Source of the DNA: a virus
Taxonomy: Duplodnaviria; Caudoviricetes
DNA: 57,735 bases
Direction: 5' to 3' (one strand)
IMG/VR virus record: IMGVR_UViG_3300017575_000049
Coordinates: 1 to 57,735 of that record
The notes beneath the pieces are model-generated. The model saw nothing but the letters and a program-made list of their open reading frames with translations, was not told the DNA's origin and searched no databases. Positions 1 through 9,317 of this stretch are shown here, piece after piece. Positions within the stretch are counted from its first letter, which is position 1. Each line of letters starts with the position of its first letter. The translations under genes were made by a program, and so were the position numbers.

Positions 1-2
1 CA

Positions 3-3000
3 GCCAATGTCTCTGAGTCGCCTGTTGAACTTTCAGATAACGCACATCTTCAGGCTCTTTCAGAACTCGCTGATGATCCGATGGTGTCTCGACCTGAAGG
101 GGGTGAGCGCCGGGCCACATTCTTTACACCACTCCCAGAAGACGCAACCGAAGATGGTGTGATGGAAGCGGTTTCTATCGCAGAAGACGAACTCGGCAAA
201 GATATCTCTGTGTCGGTGGGCGATGAGGGTGTGTTTGTTGAACCTATCCCAGATACGGGTGTGGGCATAACTGAGTTTATGCACCCGCATCTTGATATTA
301 TTGAGTCAGCGTTTGACAACACCACCGACATTCGTCAAAAGTCAACCACATTCATTGGAGGGGATGCCGAGGGGCACTCAATCCAGCCATGTTTCATGAT
401 GGATGACCGGTTGCCCGACTCCGCACTTGACGAGATTTCACGCTTGTATGAGTTTGTTGCTGGTGTCACCACAAACGCGTACTACAACGAAAACCGATTG
501 TATCTTGACACCAGACAAAACGAACTCGCGCACGCGAACCTTGATGTTGCAGAGATTTTAGTCCGGAGGACCGCTGATGATGCTGATATTGGTATTCAAT
601 CACACTCATTTAAGATTCTTGAAGAAACGGCAGCCGAACTTGGTCGTTCAAATGTCGAGCAGTATGATGTTGAAGCAGACCAGTGGGTACAGTGGTATCC
701 ATCAGAGACCACAGAGAAGCACGGGTATGCAACATCTGTGTCTGACGATGAGGTGACCATTGAGGTCTGGACGCAACTGAGCGATGGTACGTGGAAGACA
801 AACGGTGACACAGTTACAAAGAGTATGGACGACGTCGAGGGCTGGGGCAACTACCCATCTGATGACGCTATCATCACCGAGATGATGATGCGCCCGACCA
901 GCTATGGTGAGGGCGACATTGTCGAGTGGGAGTCGAGTCCGTACAAGGTCGGACGCGTCGTTCACATCGATGAAGAAAATCATGTTGTCATGGTGGAGGT
1001 ACACAAGCGGATGGACGGTGAGCTCGTCACAACGGGCTACACCGATACCGCATCCTACACTGACGTCAGACCGGTCGAAACTGACGAGAAGATGGCATCC
1101 GACGACCGCAAGGCCGAGGGTGATGGGCGGTCTGGCTCCGATACAAACGATTCGGGCTCGGCTGATTCCTCACCAGCTGATATTGATTTCTCTGACCAGG
1201 TCACCACCGGCCTGGAGAACAAGGTTGAGAAACACAACGACAAGCACGATGCAGACTCCAAGCGGGTCACACTTCGCAAGCTGAAGGCAGTCTACCGACG
1301 TGGTGCCGGTGCCTACTCCAGCAGTCACCGCAAGGGGATGAGTCGCAACCAGTGGTCGATGGCTCGGGTCAACGCATTTCTCTATCTTGTCCGCAACGGG
1401 AACCCAGAGAATGACGCATATACCCAGGACAACGACCTCTTGCCAGATGGGCATCCGCGGGCCACATCCGAATCGAGTGAGAATGCCGTTAGCGAGGGCG
1501 ATGGTGCGGTTGCACTGTTGGGCCCATATGACCAGAGCTGGACGGATACCAGTGAATCACTTATGGTCGATGGCGATGAGCTTGATTCGGTCTATGCTGA
1601 CTGGAACGATGCGGTCACCATGTCTGCCAGTGAGCTTCGTCGGTGGGCAGCAAACCCATGTTCGAAAGAGGCCTCACTCGACCCAAAGGCGGTACTGGAG
1701 CGGAATCTGTCGCTACTTGAGACGAACAAGACCGACTGGACCGACGAGCATCTCGCAGATGCCAAGCGGACCATCTCGTTTATCAGCCGGATGTCTGCCT
1801 CGGAGAACGAACCCGAGTCGCCGATGGATGGTGTACACGGGTGTCCAAGTAGGTGGGGCATCAGTCTCTTGAACTGGGCCCACAATCCATTTCCAATGAT
1901 TCCAGATAAACCTGAAGACGGCGACCTGGCTGACAAACCCGGCTACGAGAATCTCGCTGTGAGCTACAGTGATACCCCATCCGGCAAGAGTGACGAGGAG
2001 ACGGTATCCCGGATGGAGAGTGACCAGTATGCCACCAAGGAGGCTGCACAGAATCGTGCAGACGACCTTGGCTGTGATGGCTTCCACGAGCACGAGTCCG
2101 GGGGCGAGACGATCTACATGCCGTGTGGGTCGATGCAGGCCTACCAATCGGCTGCCTCTGATTCATACGCAGCCATTACGAAAGTCGCAGACGACGGCGC
2201 AACGACACCCTGTTGTGGGGCTGAAGAACTCGCATCAACTGTTGAGCAAGATTCGCTCTCGGTCACCTTTGAGGGGACCAAAATGGGCGACCTTGACGAG
2301 ACAGCATTGCCAAGCGAGGGCTTCGAGCCTCATTACATCTTCCCGAGTGATATCAAGTCTGACTCCAGCTATCCGGTCGTCGACGCCGACGGCCAGCTCC
2401 GGCGGGGCAACGTAGACGCTGCCTGGCAACTGCGAGGTCAGGGAGACTACGATGTCAGCCAGGAGACGCTGGAAGCATTTCTGATGCAGCTCAACGAAGA
2501 GTTCGACAGTCCACCTATCGATATGGAGGATGCCGAGGAGATGGGTGCTCGTTCATCGCTAACCGTCGCTACAATTGCGTCGGACCGACCATCCCGGTCG
2601 GCTCAGACCACTGCTACAATTTCAACCATGAACGAAATAACGTACGACGGCGCCGACAAGGAGACAATTGCGTCCCTTTCGGACCCGGTCGTCGTCGAGC
2701 GAGCCGACCTTGAGTCAGTTCGCGACGAAGCCGACCGGGCCGACAACGTCGAGGAAGAGCTTTCTGAACTACGCGCTGAACTCGGTGCGTTCTCCGATGC
2801 CCAGGACATCCTGTCCGAAATTGACGAGGCCACCGTTGAAGAGCTTGCTGAGGCTGACGAGCCGGTCGTCATTGAAGCTGGCGAGTTCGAGACACAGGAG
2901 AAGGTCGTCGAGCAGGCAGCCGGCATCTACGCAGAGGAGCTGGCCAACCACTCCCCATTTAGTGCCGAGGAACTCAGCGACCGCTGGGACCCGGCCGAGC

Positions 3001-3266
3001 TACGGGACAAGGTTGAGGACCACGACGAAGCCGAGTTATCGGCTTCCATCGAAACCGAAGAGCCAGCACCATCAGGTGGCTCAGCATCAACCGAGGAGCT
3101 CTCCGGGGTCGACGAGGACTCCCGGACAGCAGAGATGGAAGAAAGTGCAGCCCGCTCGTTTGTTGCCGAAGAACTCGAGAAGTTCGGCTGGGACAAGCAG
3201 GCTGAGAAGGTACGGGAGGGCGACATCCCGGTCGACGCGTTCGACATCGCCATCGAGGCGGAGTAA
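3..3266 (+). CDS. Multidomain prohead protease/scaffold-type head protein, 5' partial
   Basis: Frame is open from position 3, so the true start lies outside the window. Sits directly before the decoration and capsid genes, with an acidic coiled-coil C-terminus and several small head-associated domains. Confidence 0.65.
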   Translation, partial: ANVSESPVELSDNAHLQALSELADDPMVSRPEGGERRATFFTPLPEDATEDGVMEAVSIAEDELGKDISVSVGDEGVFVEPIPDTGVGITEFMHPHLDIIESAFDNTTDIRQKSTTFIGGDAEGHSIQPCFMMDDRLPDSALDEISRLYEFVAGVTTNAYYNENRLYLDTRQNELAHANLDVAEILVRRTADDADIGIQSHSFKILEETAAELGRSNVEQYDVEADQWVQWYPSETTEKHGYATSVSDDEVTIEVWTQLSDGTWKTNGDTVTKSMDDVEGWGNYPSDDAIITEMMMRPTSYGEGDIVEWESSPYKVGRVVHIDEENHVVMVEVHKRMDGELVTTGYTDTASYTDVRPVETDEKMASDDRKAEGDGRSGSDTNDSGSADSSPADIDFSDQVTTGLENKVEKHNDKHDADSKRVTLRKLKAVYRRGAGAYSSSHRKGMSRNQWSMARVNAFLYLVRNGNPENDAYTQDNDLLPDGHPRATSESSENAVSEGDGAVALLGPYDQSWTDTSESLMVDGDELDSVYADWNDAVTMSASELRRWAANPCSKEASLDPKAVLERNLSLLETNKTDWTDEHLADAKRTISFISRMSASENEPESPMDGVHGCPSRWGISLLNWAHNPFPMIPDKPEDGDLADKPGYENLAVSYSDTPSGKSDEETVSRMESDQYATKEAAQNRADDLGCDGFHEHESGGETIYMPCGSMQAYQSAASDSYAAITKVADDGATTPCCGAEELASTVEQDSLSVTFEGTKMGDLDETALPSEGFEPHYIFPSDIKSDSSYPVVDADGQLRRGNVDAAWQLRGQGDYDVSQETLEAFLMQLNEEFDSPPIDMEDAEEMGARSSLTVATIASDRPSRSAQTTATISTMNEITYDGADKETIASLSDPVVVERADLESVRDEADRADNVEEELSELRAELGAFSDAQDILSEIDEATVEELAEADEPVVIEAGEFETQEKVVEQAAGIYAEELANHSPFSAEELSDRWDPAELRDKVEDHDEAELSASIETEEPAPSGGSASTEELSGVDEDSRTAEMEESAARSFVAEELEKFGWDKQAEKVREGDIPVDAFDIAIEAE

Positions 3267-3287
3267 TACGTCCATTACTGATTCATT

Positions 3288-3689
3288 ATGAGTACTTACC
3301 ATCCAGGTGACCGAAAGCTCGGTCACGGAGACCACGATACGCACGAGAACAGTTCTGGGGTAACCATCCAGGAGGGAGAGTTCGTCTCTCCTGACGGCAC
3401 CGGTGGCATTCTTCCTATTGATGCAGCGACTGGCGACGACACGCTCCTGGGCATTGTACAGGATACCGTCGAGCCCGGTGACACCGTTATGGTGAGCTAC
3501 CGAGGGCTTGTCTACGGACTTGTCGAAGCTGATGTCACCGCTGGCGTCGAGCTTGTCGCTCCCGATACGGGAACCGACGGCGAGCCTGGTGTGGCTGCTG
3601 CAGGCACTGTGCCTGGTGCACCAACGATTACTGAGAACCCCGAGCAGAACGACGATGGCGACTACGTTGCGCCCGTCTTGCTCCGATAA
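3288..3689 (+). CDS. Capsid decoration/cement protein (DUF2190-like)
   Basis: 133 aa, G/V-rich beta pattern (LLGIVQDTVEPGDTVMVSYRG); position between scaffold and capsid genes. Confidence 0.65.
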   Translation: MSTYHPGDRKLGHGDHDTHENSSGVTIQEGEFVSPDGTGGILPIDAATGDDTLLGIVQDTVEPGDTVMVSYRGLVYGLVEADVTAGVELVAPDTGTDGEPGVAAAGTVPGAPTITENPEQNDDGDYVAPVLLR

Positions 3690-3719
3690 CACCCCTGACT
3701 GACATAACATTTCAATCCA

Positions 3720-4583
3720 ATGAGTACTGACGAATCCATTGCCGAGCTGGCGGTTTCGTTCCAGGATATCGATGGTCTGCTCGCGCAGCCTGTTCTGGAA
3801 GACCGCGTCGAAGATATTGTTCAGGAACCGCTGAACTTCCGGGAGGTCTTCCGGGAATACAACGCGCGCAACATCAACTCTAACGTCGTGCAGCTACCTG
3901 TCCCACAGGAGAATATAGGACAGCCAAAGCTGGTCGAAGAAGGTGCCGAGTTCCCACGTAGTCAAGAGGACTACCGACTCGAGACCCTCGAGTTCGACAA
4001 GTTCGGCTTCGAGGTCGAGCTGACCTACGAGTCCCAGCAGGACTCACAGGTGAATCTGGTCCGCGACCAGGTTGACCGCCAGGCCCGTGAAATGGCCGAG
4101 GACATGAACCGACGCGCCTACAAGGAAATCGAGGACTCAATCGGTGGCACCACCGTCTCAAAGGACAGTGGCGCTAATGGGACCTTCGAGTTCGACGACC
4201 TGCTTGCTGGCCGTCGAAACCTTGTCGAGAAGAGCTATGATCCTGACATGCTCATTGTCGATGTCGAGGCTACCCACGACCTGCTTGGGACGGACTTCCT
4301 TGATGCGACCAACGAAGGCGCACAGATGCGCCGGTCCGGCATGGTCGGTGAGGTCGCAGGGCTCACCATCATCGAGGACTCCTCCAAAATTGAAATCGCC
4401 GGAGTATCCGGCCCAGCTGCGCTGATGGTCGACTCTGATTACTTCGGCTATGAGGGGGTACGCGATCCCGTCATGACCGAGGATTACGAGGAGAAGCGCT
4501 CGATGGCCGACATCTTCCGCATCATGGCCCGCTATGGCTGGCTTGTGATGGAGGAGGACGCTGGCGTCTTCATCGAGGGATAG
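3720..4583 (+). CDS. Major capsid protein (HK97 fold)
   Basis: 287 aa; VEEGAEFP, KFGFEVELTYE, GEVAGLTIIE and RYGWLV motifs typical of HK97-like capsids. Confidence 0.9.
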   Translation: MSTDESIAELAVSFQDIDGLLAQPVLEDRVEDIVQEPLNFREVFREYNARNINSNVVQLPVPQENIGQPKLVEEGAEFPRSQEDYRLETLEFDKFGFEVELTYESQQDSQVNLVRDQVDRQAREMAEDMNRRAYKEIEDSIGGTTVSKDSGANGTFEFDDLLAGRRNLVEKSYDPDMLIVDVEATHDLLGTDFLDATNEGAQMRRSGMVGEVAGLTIIEDSSKIEIAGVSGPAALMVDSDYFGYEGVRDPVMTEDYEEKRSMADIFRIMARYGWLVMEEDAGVFIEG

Positions 4584-4633
4584 ACCAACGCAGTCTGGTC
4601 TGTCGTTTCAATCTATCATTTCTGTCGCACCTC

Positions 4634-5152
4634 ATGTCTGCTCCTGACCCCAGGTCATACAACTCACGATACGTTGGTCCAGAGCACTTGCCAGTGGTCG
4701 GTCCAGACGAGTATGACTTCTACCAGAAGTCAGAGGCACTGTTCCACGCAGAGGGTCGGCTCGAGCTTGACCTGAACAGTGGTGAGCCATTCGACCCGGC
4801 TGCGCTTACCAAGCAGCACGTCGCAGCTGTTCTTGAGCTGGCTACTCACCATCTGACACAGGCAGCCAGTTCACCATCGAGTGTAACACTTGGCGAGCTG
4901 GACGATGGTGGCTCCGAGAAGATGGACTACTCGGACCAGTTTCTGAACAATTACAACACCATCATCGAGTCACTCGCAAAGAACGATGATGGTGGCGGTG
5001 TCTACTTTGGGGCGACCAATACCACTGGCTCGAGCACGACAACGAACCGTCGTGACCCACTTGAAATGGACAACCGCTATCCGTTCCGTCGTGACCATCG
5101 GTTCCAGGATGACCACCTGGATGAGCAACTGGACGAGTATCTCGAAGACTGA
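4634..5152 (+). CDS. Putative head-tail adaptor
   Basis: Synteny after capsid gene; SVTLGEL...DYS pattern. Confidence 0.55.
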   Translation: MSAPDPRSYNSRYVGPEHLPVVGPDEYDFYQKSEALFHAEGRLELDLNSGEPFDPAALTKQHVAAVLELATHHLTQAASSPSSVTLGELDDGGSEKMDYSDQFLNNYNTIIESLAKNDDGGGVYFGATNTTGSSTTTNRRDPLEMDNRYPFRRDHRFQDDHLDEQLDEYLED

Positions 5153-5700
5153 TGTTCGGTCTGAACGACCGTAGTATCGGGGGCGCAAAGGCAGAGATAG
5201 CCGATATCGCTGCTGGCCTCGAAAACTTCGTCGATGGTGAGGGCCCAGGCAACGCCGAATACGCCATCGAGGAATCGGTGGTTGGGAGCTTTAGGCGAGT
5301 TGTCGAACCGCTGGCCAAGACAAACGCTGCCCAGTATGTCGGCTCCTATGCCAATGATATCGAGTCGGTCTATGCTGGGTGGGATGGCAATACCCTCACC
5401 GTCGGGCTGGATACTGATGATGAAGTCGTGCTATCACACGAGTACGGGTCAGGGAGCTACAACCCACGGACACCAACCCGGACGGTTGATGGCCGGACTG
5501 GCTATCTGATTCGCTCAGCAAGCGGGCCGGTTGCGTTCAATATCGGCGGGTCGAACGTCATTGTCGAGTTCGTCATTCACCCTGGTGTTGAATCGCAGGG
5601 CTTTCTCGCTGAGGCAGTCAGCGATACGGCATCAAAGGTACTCAACGATGCTGGCGATGCTGTCCACGATGCACTTGAAGAATCCGTCGACAAAGGCTGA
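5152..5700 (+). CDS. Putative neck protein (HK97 gp10-like)
   Basis: HEYGS...HPGVESQGFL motifs; TGATG overlap with the preceding gene. Confidence 0.6.
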   Translation: MFGLNDRSIGGAKAEIADIAAGLENFVDGEGPGNAEYAIEESVVGSFRRVVEPLAKTNAAQYVGSYANDIESVYAGWDGNTLTVGLDTDDEVVLSHEYGSGSYNPRTPTRTVDGRTGYLIRSASGPVAFNIGGSNVIVEFVIHPGVESQGFLAEAVSDTASKVLNDAGDAVHDALEESVDKG

Positions 5701-5713
5701 GCAGACGTCGCAC

Positions 5714-6289
5714 ATGGTGTACCCAGAGACGGTCCTGGAAGCAGTGGCTGGCATCATCGATGCTGGGCTTCCGGACCACGTGACCATCGCTACCGTCGAG
5801 CTCGACAGTGGTGGTGCCCACGCTGATGTCTCACTCCCGCTGGTCGAACTTACCGTTCAGAATACAGAACGCCTGGATTTGAACACCAATCGGCGAGCGG
5901 GTGTAACCAACGATGCCGGTGAGACCATCGGCTACGTGCACACTGATGCGTTTGAGATGTCGCTCGAACTCGAACTGCTCGCTGTTGAGGGCCAACCCCT
6001 CTCAGCGCGTACACTGGCTCAGCGTGTCGAGGCTGCGGTTCGACGATATGATAGCCAGAATATGGGCGAGACGCTTCCGCACCCAGAGACGGGAGACCCG
6101 CTGACCGAGGTCGACACCGTCCGGTTCGGTGAGCGACAACCAGCGAATGATTTTTCGCTCAACTACTCGCTACGTGGCGAGCGGTTCGAGGTGACGACAC
6201 GGTTCACACACTCGTTTTCCACAGTCGACGTTGTCGGCGAACAGGACCCCATCCGGGGGTTCGACCAAACTGTCGCGGTCGACGAATGA
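5714..6289 (+). CDS. Putative tail terminator/completion protein
   Basis: Precedes sheath; ATG 5714 chosen over the overlapping upstream start at 5531. Confidence 0.5.
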   Translation: MVYPETVLEAVAGIIDAGLPDHVTIATVELDSGGAHADVSLPLVELTVQNTERLDLNTNRRAGVTNDAGETIGYVHTDAFEMSLELELLAVEGQPLSARTLAQRVEAAVRRYDSQNMGETLPHPETGDPLTEVDTVRFGERQPANDFSLNYSLRGERFEVTTRFTHSFSTVDVVGEQDPIRGFDQTVAVDE

Positions 6290-6343
6290 TGGTGAACCTC
6301 CCGCAGTCCGCCGGGTGAGCGCGGACGAGACTACACTACTACC

Positions 6344-7663
6344 ATGCAATTCGGCTCAATCCCTGGCGTAAAAGTGTCCACCTCTGACGGTGTCGTCGGC
6401 GGTGCCACTGTCGGTAGAGAACAGTTTACGGTTCTCGTCGGCGTCGGTAACAACTCGGTTGGCTCAGCACCTACGAATGTGCCCGTCACCGTTGATTCAC
6501 GTTCCGACGCAACGAACAAATTCGGTGCAGGCAGTGACCTGGTGGCCGGCTATCGCCGGGCACTCAGCACCGGCGCGAACTCGAACTTCGTGAAGGCCGT
6601 TATGGCCAGCACGTCATCGGCAACTGAATCGTTCACCGCCGAAGCGGTTGCAACACTGGCGAATGCACCAATCGTCCGCGATACGGACCGAATCACTATC
6701 ACGGATACCACCGATGCATCTGAGTTCATCGTACGGCAACGGTTTGAGTCCCCGCCAACGGCTCCAACCGAGTCCGGTGTGGCGCACATTAACCCACTGA
6801 CGGGCGAGGTCTCGCTGTCAACCACGACTGATTTTGAGGTATCGTATGAGTTTGCTGACTGGGCAAGCGCGTTCGAAGCTGTCTCAGAGAGTATTATCGA
6901 GGGTGAGTTCGCGCTCATCCACCCGATGATGCTCATCTTCAAAACCATCCAGGCAACGGTCACAGAGACACTGGATAAGATGCGCAAAGACTACAAGTTC
7001 GGCCTTGTTCACGCAGTTGCCACACCTAATGCAACCACTGCTGGTGGCCGACCGAAGGTAGATTCCAGCACATACACTAACCCGTGGGACGACGACCGCG
7101 TCTTCCTCACTGCGCCATCGGCTATCGAGGGAGCTGACCCATCGGCTGGTGACTTCAATATCGGCCATGGGTCTGCCCAGGCTGGTGTCTTTGCCGGTGC
7201 AGAACTTGATGACCCTGTCTTCAATGAGTCTGTCCCACGTAACGGACGACTGGTCCAGCGTGTGTCACGAACAACAGCCGATGCGCTTCGTGCCGAACGC
7301 GTCATTCCAGTCCGCGACACCGGTGTGCCGACCCTTGCAGACAACCGCTCGACGTATGTCCCCGAAAAGGGTGACTGGGAGCGCGATTTCTTCACCCGAC
7401 GTGTTGTCGATGTAACGGTTGCCACCATCCAGCGAGTTGCTGATGCAGCACTCGGTGGAATAAACGACCCAGAAACCCGTGGTGACCTGAATGATATACT
7501 GGTCAGCGAGATTGATGACCTCAAAGACCTTGGTATCCTCAAGCCGGATGGGCAGTTTATCGATGTCTTCCGCATCGACCGTGACACCATTGGCATCGAT
7601 ATCGGCATCACGCCATTTGGTGTTGCCAAACAGGCAACATCCACGCTTATCATCGAGACATAG
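6344..7663 (+). CDS. Contractile tail sheath protein
   Basis: 439 aa; IPGVKV N-terminus, KFGAGSDL and RRVVDV sheath motifs. Confidence 0.85.
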   Translation: MQFGSIPGVKVSTSDGVVGGATVGREQFTVLVGVGNNSVGSAPTNVPVTVDSRSDATNKFGAGSDLVAGYRRALSTGANSNFVKAVMASTSSATESFTAEAVATLANAPIVRDTDRITITDTTDASEFIVRQRFESPPTAPTESGVAHINPLTGEVSLSTTTDFEVSYEFADWASAFEAVSESIIEGEFALIHPMMLIFKTIQATVTETLDKMRKDYKFGLVHAVATPNATTAGGRPKVDSSTYTNPWDDDRVFLTAPSAIEGADPSAGDFNIGHGSAQAGVFAGAELDDPVFNESVPRNGRLVQRVSRTTADALRAERVIPVRDTGVPTLADNRSTYVPEKGDWERDFFTRRVVDVTVATIQRVADAALGGINDPETRGDLNDILVSEIDDLKDLGILKPDGQFIDVFRIDRDTIGIDIGITPFGVAKQATSTLIIET

Positions 7664-7719
7664 ATGCGCATATTGCATCGTATCACCAACCAACCGCACC
7701 CTCCTACTGACGCTTTACA

Positions 7720-8223
7720 ATGACACACGACGATCACGTCACCGGCCAGGATTCCAAGCTCAAGTTCAAATTCGATGGGAAATTCATAGAAATTCCTGTC
7801 ACGAACGTCTCCTGGTCTCGTGATACGCAGACAAGTACCGTACGGCACAACGATAGCCTGAATCCAACTCGAACCATCACTGGTGTCGATTACAGTGGTA
7901 GCTTCGAGTATACTGGCCGAAACTACGATGCCATGAATAAGCTGGTTCACGGCAAAGATGTCGTCGATGGCGACCGAGTGACCGCACAGGCTAACGAGCC
8001 GGTCAGAGCGACACTGATGGTCAAGGAGTTCGACGTTGAAGGTGACGGAAACATCAGCGAATACTCCTACAAGTTCCGCCGATGTATCATCACCAGTACG
8101 TCCCGAGACCTTCCAGCGTCTGACAACGCAACAACCTCCTTTGACTGGGAAGCGGAAGACCTCAAAATCCAGGAAAACGGCAACAGCCCAACCTTCTACG
8201 ACACAACAACGACTACAGAATAA
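7720..8223 (+). CDS. Tail tube protein
   Basis: 167 aa beta-rich protein directly after sheath; YSGSFEY and SFDWEAEDL. Confidence 0.8.
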   Translation: MTHDDHVTGQDSKLKFKFDGKFIEIPVTNVSWSRDTQTSTVRHNDSLNPTRTITGVDYSGSFEYTGRNYDAMNKLVHGKDVVDGDRVTAQANEPVRATLMVKEFDVEGDGNISEYSYKFRRCIITSTSRDLPASDNATTSFDWEAEDLKIQENGNSPTFYDTTTTTE

Positions 8224-8334
8224 TCTCGCATCGGATTTTGTTTTTGTCGCACTCGGGCACCGGCCCGAACTCGGTAGGTACGGCCGAGATACACCGATAC
8301 TCGGTGTGTATTCCCGTACACCAGGAGTGATACA

Positions 8335-8778
8335 ATGAAGGAAATAGACGCAATCGATTTCATGCAAACGGTGATGGATGATGCAGAAGATGTCGAAACA
8401 CGAGAGCGAACACTGGAACACGCCTCCGGTAAGGCGCTTACGGTGACCGTCAGTGGTGTCGACCGAAAGCTGATACTTGACCAACTCAAGCGTCTTCCAG
8501 ACGATATCCTTGACACACTGATGGGCGCCGAAGACCCAGAAGAGGCCGAGGCAAAAGCTCGCGAGGAAGGACAGCTCAACAACGTCGGTGGAGCAACCAT
8601 CGATGCATTCGAGCGCATCGCAGCACACGGAATGGACCACGTCGAGCTTGATCAGTCTGACTTTGAGCAACTTGTCCAGAAGTTCGAGCTTGATGTCCTG
8701 TTCCCCATCGGTGCCGAGGTTATGGAGCTAACCTTCGATGATGATGGTGGCATCGTAGATTTTCACGAAGTCGAATAG
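8335..8778 (+). CDS. Tail assembly chaperone
   Basis: Acidic 147 aa between tube and tape measure; GGAGTGA SD-like site upstream. Confidence 0.7.
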   Translation: MKEIDAIDFMQTVMDDAEDVETRERTLEHASGKALTVTVSGVDRKLILDQLKRLPDDILDTLMGAEDPEEAEAKAREEGQLNNVGGATIDAFERIAAHGMDHVELDQSDFEQLVQKFELDVLFPIGAEVMELTFDDDGGIVDFHEVE

Positions 8779-9242
8779 GACAGGAGCTACTGGTCGCCAA
8801 CAAGTTCGGCTATCATTTCACAATCACCGAGACACGCACGTGCTCGTCGTGTGACGGCGATGGTGTCCGAACCATCCGGTCGGTGGCCCCCACCGATGAA
8901 CGCGATGAGAACGACACTCCGGGCCCTCTCGACCGACTCTATGAGACCATCCGGGCAGCAATCCGTCCACTCACCCAGTTTCATCTTGACTGTAGTGAGT
9001 GCGGTGCCAGCGGAACCGTAACCGAAACACGGGCGCGCCGACTTGATGAGCTCACTGGCAAGCAGCTTTCGTTCCTGCTGATGGGTAACATTGAGAACGA
9101 CCCAATGGTCAGTACCGAAGAAGAGACACCACAGGCTGGTAGCCCCGGTCAGTTACCAGCGATGAATGGCACACCACCCGGAGCCACCAGTAGTCAATCA
9201 GGACAGACACACAAACCAGGAAACTTCCCTCGGCCTGACTAA
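8760..9242 (+). CDS. -1 frameshift extension of tail chaperone, with zinc-finger motifs
   Basis: The -1 frame is open 8745-9242 with no start codon before 8883. GATTTT slippery run at 8758-8763; CSSCDGDG and CSECGASG motifs. Confidence 0.65.
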   Translation, partial: FSRSRIGQELLVANKFGYHFTITETRTCSSCDGDGVRTIRSVAPTDERDENDTPGPLDRLYETIRAAIRPLTQFHLDCSECGASGTVTETRARRLDELTGKQLSFLLMGNIENDPMVSTEEETPQAGSPGQLPAMNGTPPGATSSQSGQTHKPGNFPRPD

Positions 9243-9317
9243 CCAGGCCAGAGGTCTGTCGCAGCAGTTACCGGACACGTTCTCTTAGCACCCCCGAAAT
9301 CCCCACTACTCACACAC

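Noticed and set aside
7009-8670. 553-aa minus-strand ORF
   Set aside because: Antisense shadow of sheath, tube and chaperone genes; non-acidic and with no recognisable motifs.
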